The notes under the pieces were generated by a model that saw only the letters and a program-made list of their open reading frames with translations, ran no database searches and had not been told where the DNA came from. From a virus, in the IMG/VR virus record IMGVR_UViG_3300045256_000282, positions 85,069 through 149,068 of that record: a stretch of DNA of 64,000 nt. One strand, written 5' to 3'. A program made the translations under genes and the position numbers. This document shows, piece after piece, positions 56,396 through 64,000 of this stretch. Position 1 is the stretch's first letter. Every line of letters starts with the position of its first letter.

Positions 56396-59215
56396 CTACT
56401 TTATCGGACAAACACCAGAAGCGCATTCTAAATCCAAATCGCTTGAACTTCCAGAGTCAGTTCCTTCCATCTTAATCGGCCTGATCTTCTTAGATAGCTC
56501 TTCAAACTTCTCCTTAGAAATAGCTTCTTTTGGAGCTTGTTTAAATCCGTGATCATTATGGCACAAGAAGCTGATTGTTTTCAAGCTCTTTAAATTCTCA
56601 GACAACCATTCCTTTAGTTTTGGAAGATCCTCTCGCTTATAATACACAGTAACAGAGCATGCCTGGTCTGCCCAGTGCTTTTGTGCCATCAGAAGAACGT
56701 CTAGTTGCTTCCAAGTATCAAAATTTTCGTCAGCACACGGCATGCCTTCTGGAGCTTCAAGGTAGAAGTCTACTACCATAGTGTTTTGGTCAAGAGTTCC
56801 GTCAAACCTAACTACTGGTTCCATGTAATGGCCAGCTTCTTTTAAGGCTGGAAGAAGCTTGTCGTTAGAGGCAAACCTGACTCTTTGAATCATATATCGC
56901 GAGTATGCTGGGTGAATTCCCTCACCTCGCTGATCAAGAAGCTTAGAGACAGTTCCAGAAGGCTTTACTACGGTAGTTCTGATGCTTTCTGGGATACCAA
57001 GTTCTTTTGAGTATTTTAAATTTTCTTTTTGAATAGCCTCATAAACCTTATCAAGAGTGTTTGGATTAAACAACGGGCTTTCTAAGCAACCCGTAATCCC
57101 AGTTCCGACTCTTCGGTTCTTTTTGATGATCTTTTCAATCTCAGGGTGGTGGTACTTCTCCATTGTTACCCTTTTTCCATAACGATGCATGAGTACCGCA
57201 GCCTCTACGAACTCACCTTCGTTGTCTAGGTTAGCTAGGGCAAGCTCTTGAAGGTTGCACGGCTCATAGGGTTCCAAGGTAGCTTCGGCGCACTGCCCAG
57301 TGACGATTCCGTTAAAGCAACCAAGATTTCTTTTAGGTTCTGTAAAACAATAAACTACGTCTGCTACCCCAGCCGGTTCTACTGAAACAACCGTAGTAAA
57401 CCTACCAGCATCTCTCTGCGGGGATGCTTCAAAATCTACCCGTTCTGTTTGCATACCAAGATCCAATAAGTCTTGTATCTGCGTAGAGCCAATAACCAGG
57501 CGCTTACTTTCCTGGCAATAGTAGTCGGCCATTCCGCCCTTACCATCGGGAAGCTGCTTGTAACCTGCTTCGTGCGAAGAGCAAATTTTAGAGTGTACCC
57601 CTAGCTTGGTCAACAATCTTTGAACCTTTGATAGGAATTTGTGATCTACCGAAGTTATTTGACAACCTCCCTCTATTGTTCTAGTGCCGTCTGAATCAAT
57701 AAGGCCAGCAAGCCAATCAAGCGAGGATTGTACCGACCAGTTTTCTGGGACAAAAGACTTGGGCTTTGCATCAAAACGGATAGAAACATATGTCCTATCC
57801 TGCTCTTGGGAATAAGAGCCCACCTCTACATCCAGCCTAGGTATGCACTTAATCTTATCTCCGTATACTGTAAAACCCGGATAATCGTCCGTACCATCTC
57901 CAGACAGAAATCCTTGGCTATAGGCCCAACTAACGGTATCTCCGCCATGAATGACGGGGTACTTATGTTTAATAAGCTTTTCGCCTGGTTCTAGGTATTG
58001 TGCTTCTTTGCGCTCAGTGCCACCCCTATAATCGGTAGAAAGTACAAACTTGTGAGCAAGCGTGCAGGTTAGCGACCGACCATCGCTTAAGGTGACCTTC
58101 ACCATCTCTTGGTTGTGTCCGGTTACTTTAGGCGTAACTTCTGACCATTCAAATCCATTCCAAACATTGACTGTCTTTCCAACTAGATTTTGAATTTCTT
58201 GGTATCCGGTGTCAGTAAGAATTTCAGTCCCAGCGGGTACGCAGGGATTGACTATAACAGCTCCATCTTTCTTTTTTTCTCCCATGCGTGCGTAGGTCTG
58301 CATGTTCTTACGATTTACGATGCCAAAAGGTTCTCCCGACTCATACGTTTTCCAGAATAAAGGGTGCAAATCTTCTACGTCATCGACACATACCGAGAGG
58401 TTGGCAAACGCTCTATAGGTAGGAATAGAGCCCAAATCCCAACGTTTAGATCTTAGGTATTCTTTATCAAATGGATCTCCTAAGATAAGAATGGCGGATC
58501 TTCGAACGTTACCAGCAACTACCATCTCGCCAGTTGCACAGATCAGGTCCATAGCATCGATTGGTCTAATAGCCTTACCTTCACGCCTATCAAGTATCTC
58601 ACAAACGTTTTCAACAAACCTAATTAGTGGAGCTGGTCCAGAGGCTGTTCCACCAAATCCTTTGATCGCCTCTCCGTAACCTCTTACGCAAACCGTAGAG
58701 TAGCTAAAACTTTTTCCAGTTCTAAAGTAGGAATCTAGCACCCTTTCAAATAACTCACACCAACCTTCACGGCTGTCTGGAACTATAAAATCTGCATCTT
58801 TTGTTCCTTTGTGCGTGATGTTAACACCGTTCTTGATCGTAGGGAGTTTTGAAACATACCGATGCTCAACAGACAGACCAACTCCGCCTCCCAACATCAA
58901 AAGATCCATGGCTACGACAAAAGATCTAGGCTTATCGGCAACTAATCCCCAGCAATTATTTAAGGCAATTCCGCCCAAAGCTGCGTGAGAAGGAGCACCC
59001 GAGTACCACAATCCTCGACCTGCGGGGATAGCTTTTCTTGAAAGCATAAACTTTTCAAGCTTCTTGATTTCTTTCTCAGAAATGTTGTGATCTTTTATGT
59101 TGCCTCGAATAACGCGTTCTACCGTCTTCTCCCAGCTCTCTTTTACTCCGCTATCCGTTCTAGCGTACGTCCTGCTGTATACTACCTGGGCGAGGTTTGA
59201 CCAATTTTTGGGCAT
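56396..59215 (-). CDS. nrdJ: Class II (adenosylcobalamin-dependent) ribonucleotide reductase containing an intein
   Basis: VYSRTYAR, PAGRGLW, NNC, GNVRRSA, NP|CAE, CNL, TVVKPSGT and C-terminal CASGVCPIK motifs; no ATP cone. Confidence 0.92.
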   Translation of the reverse strand: MPKNWSNLAQVVYSRTYARTDSGVKESWEKTVERVIRGNIKDHNISEKEIKKLEKFMLSRKAIPAGRGLWYSGAPSHAALGGIALNNCWGLVADKPRSFVVAMDLLMLGGGVGLSVEHRYVSKLPTIKNGVNITHKGTKDADFIVPDSREGWCELFERVLDSYFRTGKSFSYSTVCVRGYGEAIKGFGGTASGPAPLIRFVENVCEILDRREGKAIRPIDAMDLICATGEMVVAGNVRRSAILILGDPFDKEYLRSKRWDLGSIPTYRAFANLSVCVDDVEDLHPLFWKTYESGEPFGIVNRKNMQTYARMGEKKKDGAVIVNPCVPAGTEILTDTGYQEIQNLVGKTVNVWNGFEWSEVTPKVTGHNQEMVKVTLSDGRSLTCTLAHKFVLSTDYRGGTERKEAQYLEPGEKLIKHKYPVIHGGDTVSWAYSQGFLSGDGTDDYPGFTVYGDKIKCIPRLDVEVGSYSQEQDRTYVSIRFDAKPKSFVPENWSVQSSLDWLAGLIDSDGTRTIEGGCQITSVDHKFLSKVQRLLTKLGVHSKICSSHEAGYKQLPDGKGGMADYYCQESKRLVIGSTQIQDLLDLGMQTERVDFEASPQRDAGRFTTVVSVEPAGVADVVYCFTEPKRNLGCFNGIVTGQCAEATLEPYEPCNLQELALANLDNEGEFVEAAVLMHRYGKRVTMEKYHHPEIEKIIKKNRRVGTGITGCLESPLFNPNTLDKVYEAIQKENLKYSKELGIPESIRTTVVKPSGTVSKLLDQRGEGIHPAYSRYMIQRVRFASNDKLLPALKEAGHYMEPVVRFDGTLDQNTMVVDFYLEAPEGMPCADENFDTWKQLDVLLMAQKHWADQACSVTVYYKREDLPKLKEWLSENLKSLKTISFLCHNDHGFKQAPKEAISKEKFEELSKKIRPIKMEGTDSGSSSDLDLECASGVCPIK
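57293..58243 (-). mobile_element. 317-aa intein with LAGLIDADG homing endonuclease, ending Gly-Gln
   Basis: Starts CVPAGTEILT; block B CTLAHKF; WLAGLIDSDG; block F VYCFTEP; ends NGIVTGQ before the +1 Cys of the NPCAE active site. Confidence 0.92.
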
Positions 59216-59778
59216 TAGGGCGTCTCCTTCTTTGACAACTTTTTTTGCTGTTTTTCTATTTTTCTACGTGCTTTTGCTTCTTTTTCTGCTTCTTTTAACC
59301 TAACATAAGAGTCATATTGTAAGCGCCAGCTCTCTACAGATCCGCCACTTTGAGCTATCCCTCTTCTTATAAAGTTCTCTTCCGCAGTTTTTAATGCGTG
59401 ACAGGACTTCTTTGAACCCTTAGGCAAAGATTTGATCGGAGTACTACACAGCACCTGGAGATTGCTTTGTGAACAAAATATCCCAGATACCATATCATCC
59501 ATGCTCATGTCTTCTTCTTTAACGTCCAAAGGAACGGCTGGGTTTTTATGGTCAACCTGTACAAACTTTTGAGGGAACAAACCCTCACAAACAGCACAAG
59601 CATACCTTACTTGGTTTTTCTTACCGGGTGTTCCGTCCTTCTTAAGGGCCGGGGGCAATTCTACCCTGGCCCTTTGAAGAACCTCTCTCATTCTTGGAGA
59701 TTGTCTGAAAGCCCGTCTGAGTGCGCCTTTGATAGCCCTGCGTTCTTCTGGGGTTAGATCAGGCTTTTGATCCTTCAC
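59215..59778 (-). CDS. HNH endonuclease-like protein
   Basis: CAVC...VQVDHKNP...NLQVLC...CHALKT motif. Confidence 0.8.
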   Translation of the reverse strand: MKDQKPDLTPEERRAIKGALRRAFRQSPRMREVLQRARVELPPALKKDGTPGKKNQVRYACAVCEGLFPQKFVQVDHKNPAVPLDVKEEDMSMDDMVSGIFCSQSNLQVLCSTPIKSLPKGSKKSCHALKTAEENFIRRGIAQSGGSVESWRLQYDSYVRLKEAEKEAKARRKIEKQQKKLSKKETP

Positions 59779-60052
59779 CGTCGCCGCCTTTTTCTTTAAT
59801 CAAAGCAATGATGTAGCGACTTTTAAGCTCAATAGCTTTTGTAGAGTCTTTATAGGGACCCTCAAGCTCTGTCTTTGCCTCAAGAACCCGTTGAAGCTGC
59901 TCGTCGGCTTCTTTTGCAGCTCGAACGTTTTCTCGCTCTTTTGCGTAATTCAATAGGCGATTCTCAAGATCGCTTACCGAAAGGCCGTCAACAGCCTCGA
60001 CAAAATCTGGGTACTTCTTTTGAACATCTTGCTTAATATCTTTCTTTGCCAT
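59759..60052 (-). CDS. Hypothetical coiled-coil protein
   Basis: 97-aa helical ORF in the operon. Confidence 0.6.
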   Translation of the reverse strand: MAKKDIKQDVQKKYPDFVEAVDGLSVSDLENRLLNYAKERENVRAAKEADEQLQRVLEAKTELEGPYKDSTKAIELKSRYIIALIKEKGGDGEGSKA

Positions 60053-60053
60053 A

Positions 60054-60386
60054 CTATCTCCTATCGAATTTAGGGAGCCTGTTTAGAGCACCCTTGTTGT
60101 TTAAAACCGTAATCGCACCTTCTATGATCAACAGATTCCTAGCCTCAGACTGGTCAATAGCTTTATTTCCTATGGACTGAGGCACGGCTTGTGTTGAAAA
60201 GTTTTGCTTTGCAGCGCTAATCATCATATCAAAATCATACTTCGTAAGCACTAGTTCCGACTTAGTGATAACTAGATGTTTGCGTAGCATCGTGATTAAA
60301 AGTTCTTTCCTGTCAGAATGTCTTAGCTCATCTATTTTCGTTAAGAAAAGGCCAATATCCTGCAAAAGGTCGTCTGATAATTCCAT
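60054..60386 (-). CDS. Hypothetical protein
   Basis: AGGAG RBS; in the operon. Confidence 0.6.
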   Translation of the reverse strand: MELSDDLLQDIGLFLTKIDELRHSDRKELLITMLRKHLVITKSELVLTKYDFDMMISAAKQNFSTQAVPQSIGNKAIDQSEARNLLIIEGAITVLNNKGALNRLPKFDRR

Positions 60387-60394
60387 ATGTTCTC

Positions 60395-62446
60395 CTATAT
60401 GCTATCACTAATTCTACTGGTTTGACCTTCGCGGACAACTAAGATCTTGTCTCTAACCATCTCCTTGGTTTCCGTGGAGTGATCAACTATAACAATTTTT
60501 CTATCTGACGCATGATTTTTTAAAACTTCAAGACAATTTTCCCTGCAGATGGCGTCAAACCCATCAAAAGGCTCATCGAGTACGAATAAATCTAGTCCAT
60601 TTCCAGTCCTATTTTCGATCATCTCGATCACGGCCAGATCAACTGCCAAGTCAATCGCGGCTCTTTCGCCTCCACTCATAGACTTTACAGGAACATTAAT
60701 CTCATCGTCAATAGATAAAATAGCTACGACTTCTTCTTTTAATCCGCCTGCTTTTGTTTCTTTGTAGGCGTCAAAGGTTATAGTCCCAGTACTCATGTTT
60801 GGTATTCTTGACAGGATTCTGGTGGCAGTTTCGGCCACTATCGCTAAAGACTCTTGAAAAAGTTGGTTTGCGTAACTCTTGAGTAGCTTTACAGATCCAG
60901 AGGCTAGGGAGATTTCTTTTGAAATATCCAACGTTTCGTTTTGTAGCTTTAAGATACCCTCTCTTAATCCGGTAAGTCTTGATTCAGCTAATTGCTTTTG
61001 CTCTTCATACTTCTTGACAGACTCTTGAAACGCCTTGAGGTTAGCCTGCCCCTTATAAAAGGCCTGATTGTAGGCCTCCATCTGAGATTCAATAGAGGAA
61101 ATGATCGGAGCATAGTGGTCGTTAAGATCCCTCTTATCTTTTTCAAAAGCCTCAGTTACCGTTCTATAGTGGCTTAAAGCACCGTTCTTTGCTTCTTCAC
61201 GAGCCTTTAGATATAAAGACAGGTTGTCTTTTGCTTTCTGTAAAGTTTGAGAAAGCTCATTTTTTAAATTCTCAGTATGGCTCAAAATCTCTTTATTTTT
61301 TTCTATAGCCGCAGATATGATTGGAAGCTTTTCTTCCATGATTATTATGGCTTCTAATTCTGATTTTTTCTTTTGACCCTTTTCAACCAGGGGTGAAGCT
61401 ATTGAATGGCTTACCTGGTCTGAACCCAAACCTTGCTTACAGGTCGGGCAAATCTTCGTTAAAGCTTCGGATATTTGACGTCCGATATCTTCTAGGTCTT
61501 TTTGGATTAAAGATTTTTTCTGGATCGCTTGTTGGTGTATTGAGACATGATTCTCATCAACCTTAATCGTTGAAATTAGATGTGCAGAATGATTATGAGC
61601 CTCCATCAATTTCTGTGTCAACAAATTGATCTCGGATTCTTGTGACCTAATAACCTCGGCTAGTCTGGGATCTTCTTGGTATGAGAAGGACGGTGCGGAA
61701 CCTAAAGAAGAGAGCTTGGTTGAGAGTTCTCCGACCACCTGTTCCTTTTGTGCTTTAAAAAAGTTGATCTTATCTATTAGGCGGAGTAGTACGTCCTCGT
61801 CAACGTCACATTTTGGGGGTTGCATCGACGATATGAAAGATTCTGTGGACTCTAGGCTCGATGTATAGGAGGACAGTTCTGGTGTTTTTACAGATAAAGA
61901 CTGCTCTAATGCCTTAAGACGAGCCTCTGCTTTTGAGATCTTTTGCTCGATCAGGTTCATACCAAGGCATTCCATCAAAAAATCATGGGATTGTTTGGGA
62001 GTTTTTGATAAAAAGAACCCGCCCTCTCCTTGTCTTTTGTGGAACATGGGCCTGAGGAGACTTCGTGGAATTCCTAAGATCCTATCTAGTGTATCCTCGG
62101 CCTCTTTTGTACTACCGGATACGCTTACTCCTGGCCCATTTATAGAAAGGCCTTCAGTTCTATGTCTAGAGATAGTAAAAGTTTCGTTATTTTTTTCTAA
62201 CTCAATCTCAACAAAAAGAGGAGATTTGGTTAGCCTGGACTGAAGGACTGTTGACGGCACATCGTTTATGCCCATGGCGTATTCTAAGGCTAGGAAGATG
62301 GAGCTTTTTCCACCGCCGCTTGAACCTCCCGTGTTCATGTTTTCGGCGTCAATCTGGATGAAGTTCGATTTTGATTCAAAATCAATGGTGTTGGTCCCAA
62401 CAAACCTGCCCAGATTTTCGAACTTCAACCTCTTCAGCTTAAGCAT
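60395..62446 (-). CDS. SbcC/Rad50/gp46-like ABC ATPase
   Basis: Walker A SGGGKSS, CPTC zinc hook, MSGGE signature, FVLDEPFD Walker B, IVDH. Confidence 0.9.
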   Translation of the reverse strand: MLKLKRLKFENLGRFVGTNTIDFESKSNFIQIDAENMNTGGSSGGGKSSIFLALEYAMGINDVPSTVLQSRLTKSPLFVEIELEKNNETFTISRHRTEGLSINGPGVSVSGSTKEAEDTLDRILGIPRSLLRPMFHKRQGEGGFFLSKTPKQSHDFLMECLGMNLIEQKISKAEARLKALEQSLSVKTPELSSYTSSLESTESFISSMQPPKCDVDEDVLLRLIDKINFFKAQKEQVVGELSTKLSSLGSAPSFSYQEDPRLAEVIRSQESEINLLTQKLMEAHNHSAHLISTIKVDENHVSIHQQAIQKKSLIQKDLEDIGRQISEALTKICPTCKQGLGSDQVSHSIASPLVEKGQKKKSELEAIIIMEEKLPIISAAIEKNKEILSHTENLKNELSQTLQKAKDNLSLYLKAREEAKNGALSHYRTVTEAFEKDKRDLNDHYAPIISSIESQMEAYNQAFYKGQANLKAFQESVKKYEEQKQLAESRLTGLREGILKLQNETLDISKEISLASGSVKLLKSYANQLFQESLAIVAETATRILSRIPNMSTGTITFDAYKETKAGGLKEEVVAILSIDDEINVPVKSMSGGERAAIDLAVDLAVIEMIENRTGNGLDLFVLDEPFDGFDAICRENCLEVLKNHASDRKIVIVDHSTETKEMVRDKILVVREGQTSRISDSI

Positions 62447-62706
62447 CAGTCTCCCCTGTCGGTAGGTTTTCTAGCACGCTCTGAGTTGATCTCCATTATG
62501 TTTGGATTAATCTCAACAGCCCGTGCTTGAACTCCATTGTCTATAACTATCTTAGACGAAGAAGCGGGAGAAGACAAGGTTCTTCTTGCCTTACCCCCGC
62601 ATTCTTTACACTGGATCTCTTGTTCGACCTGATTACCAGACCGAAATAGTTTGGAGTTACTTTTGCCACACTGATCGTTTGTACATAAGTACCTGATCAT
62701 TGGCAT
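62446..62706 (-). CDS. FmdB-like Zn-ribbon protein
   Basis: MPMIRYLC..CG...CKECG..ARRTLS pattern. Confidence 0.7.
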   Translation of the reverse strand: MPMIRYLCTNDQCGKSNSKLFRSGNQVEQEIQCKECGGKARRTLSSPASSSKIVIDNGVQARAVEINPNIMEINSERARKPTDRGD

Positions 62707-62711
62707 AAGAA

Positions 62712-63698
62712 CTACCAGGTGTAGCCGATTTGCTCTTTAAGACCTTCGATGGTGTAGCTATGTACGATCTTCTTGCGTTCCGTATCAAGCTTTTCTCGAG
62801 TCAAAGAACCATCGATTGCACAAAGAACTTGCCCATTACTGTTGACAAGACGGCTTTGAGCAATCGTGCAGTCCACGCCCAAAATACCACCTTCTGCGGC
62901 AAACTTTTCTGGGGTCATCTGACCTTGGTTTGTTTTAATCTTCATCTCGATAGACTCTGGTGCCGTTTGAAGCGGACATTTGTTAAACTTTACCGTAATG
63001 CTAAGTCCCATAAACTCGATCTTTTGGTCATCGGTTCCCTTTAAGCTTTCGGAACAACGGATAGATACAACCTTGTCAGCATATCCGCCAGCAACAGACG
63101 TGGGGCCTGTCAGCCAAAGCTCATTTTCGTAAGAGTCTTGGTATGACTTTAATGTTTGTTTTCCAGCAGTTCGAGCAACGGTCTTGTTGTCCATCTCGAG
63201 AAGGCGAGACTTCCAAAAATTCAAGCGCTTATCAAGCTGAGAATCGCTGTTTGGACTAAACTCACCCTCAGCCCCTCCACGAGCTTTGTGGCTCATTAGG
63301 GTACCACCATTAAGAATAAGTCGGTCGTCAAAGTTTTGGACTAACTGAAATCCCATGCTTGCTGCAAAGATCGTAATCGTCTTAACTGGTCGTCGCATTC
63401 CCTTAACAGCCTCAATAAGTTCGATCCCAGCCTGAATGCTTCCACCTGGTGTGTAAAGAACCAGATAGATGGGGTCTCCTACTTCTTTGTCCGTATCCAA
63501 ACTTCTGAGGGTTTTGATAAGCTCGCTTACCGAACCATCATCCACTGGACCTCTAAGCGATACAGTGTTCTTGTTCGTTAGAACAACGTCTGCATCTTTC
63601 CGGTTCGCGTCCGAAGATCTGATCTTCAAAGAAGCGGCTGCCGTCGTAAAGAGAACCACCCCTACGGCGATCATTGTTGTTGCTAAATTTTTTGTCAT
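62712..63698 (-). CDS. ClpP/crotonase-fold serine protease with N-terminal signal or membrane anchor
   Basis: Start moved to ATG 63698 (GAGGAG RBS); hydrophobic N-terminus; YTPGGSI, AASMGF and LMSH motifs; extra Cys-containing C-terminal domain. Confidence 0.75.
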   Translation of the reverse strand: MTKNLATTMIAVGVVLFTTAAASLKIRSSDANRKDADVVLTNKNTVSLRGPVDDGSVSELIKTLRSLDTDKEVGDPIYLVLYTPGGSIQAGIELIEAVKGMRRPVKTITIFAASMGFQLVQNFDDRLILNGGTLMSHKARGGAEGEFSPNSDSQLDKRLNFWKSRLLEMDNKTVARTAGKQTLKSYQDSYENELWLTGPTSVAGGYADKVVSIRCSESLKGTDDQKIEFMGLSITVKFNKCPLQTAPESIEMKIKTNQGQMTPEKFAAEGGILGVDCTIAQSRLVNSNGQVLCAIDGSLTREKLDTERKKIVHSYTIEGLKEQIGYTW

Positions 63699-63709
63699 TG
63701 AATTACTCC

Positions 63710-64000
63710 TCATTTTTTATCTTTGACCCTATCCAAGTCAGCGATAGCTTTTAAAATCGATCCTAGGTCGTCGGTTTCAGGAACCCGTCCCTCACCTACG
63801 TTTAGGTTGCCCTGCACATTGACTAATGTCTGGCTAGGCCCCTTGCCCGAATCCTCTCCCTTACCCTTGCCATTATTGGTAAGGGTCTCAAAACACTTCA
63901 AATAAAGATTCATCAACTTTGGGTCAATAGAAGCTAAAACTGAAGGATCTCTAGTACTCAGGAAACGAAATACCGTATCTGAGTAATGCTGTTTAATACT
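63710..64000 (-). CDS. Hypothetical protein, 5'-truncated by window end
   Basis: Frame is open from 64000 to the stop at 63710. Confidence 0.55.
   Translation of the reverse strand, partial: SIKQHYSDTVFRFLSTRDPSVLASIDPKLMNLYLKCFETLTNNGKGKGEDSGKGPSQTLVNVQGNLNVGEGRVPETDDLGSILKAIADLDRVKDKK

Noticed and set aside
183-63905. Numerous 60-150 aa opposite-strand or nested ORFs in the track (e.g. 4230-4679, 25513-25947, 53810-54274)
   Set aside because: They are shadows of well-supported genes, with no motifs or RBS support.
1-64000. tRNA, rRNA or CRISPR array
   Set aside because: Intergenic gaps are short and explained by micro-ORFs or promoters; no cloverleaf or regularly spaced repeats were seen by eye. 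tRNAscan-SE was not run.
1-64000. Stop-codon reassignment
   Set aside because: Long intact ORFs under code 11; TAG, TGA and TAA all end genes at sensible domain boundaries.
1-64000. Assigning a host such as a predatory Bdellovibrionota bacterium
   Set aside because: Only suggested by the exported proteases; no direct sequence evidence without homology or spacer searches.

Overview
A 64-kb, almost fully coding segment of a large contractile-tailed dsDNA bacteriophage (myovirus-like) read with the standard code. It has two convergent blocks that meet at about 36.4 kb. The + strand block (1-36423) is a late/virion module: tape-measure C-terminus, baseplate hub, spike, a fused tube-initiator/LysM/gp25 wedge, a giant 2183-aa baseplate-J protein, a second wedge protein, a tube-like protein, fibre and decoration proteins, and three paralogous mosaic receptor-binding proteins. 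Small inserted genes sit among them (CAAX protease, an antisense lipoprotein metallopeptidase, an antisense Zn-ribbon protein, micro-membrane ORFs). The - strand block (36416-64000) is a replication/recombination/host-takeover module: SbcC/gp46, class II RNR with a Gln-terminal LAGLIDADG intein, metallophosphoesterase, RNase H, DnaQ, DnaE, subtilase, gp32-like SSB, UvsY, RecA, primase, helicase, two ClpP-like proteases, a CYTH-HNH fusion and a PLP enzyme. The strongest candidate novelties are: (1) a single-box AATCTT(T/G)A motif 19-31 nt upstream of six start codons, together with separate sigma-region-2-like and sigma-region-4-like genes, suggesting a split-sigma late transcription system; (2) a phage PLP enzyme whose motifs resemble the plant alliinase/TAA1 family; (3) three receptor-binding paralogues with patchwork nucleotide identity; (4) five proteases, four apparently envelope-targeted. 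All family calls come from motif recognition by eye; no database searches were run.
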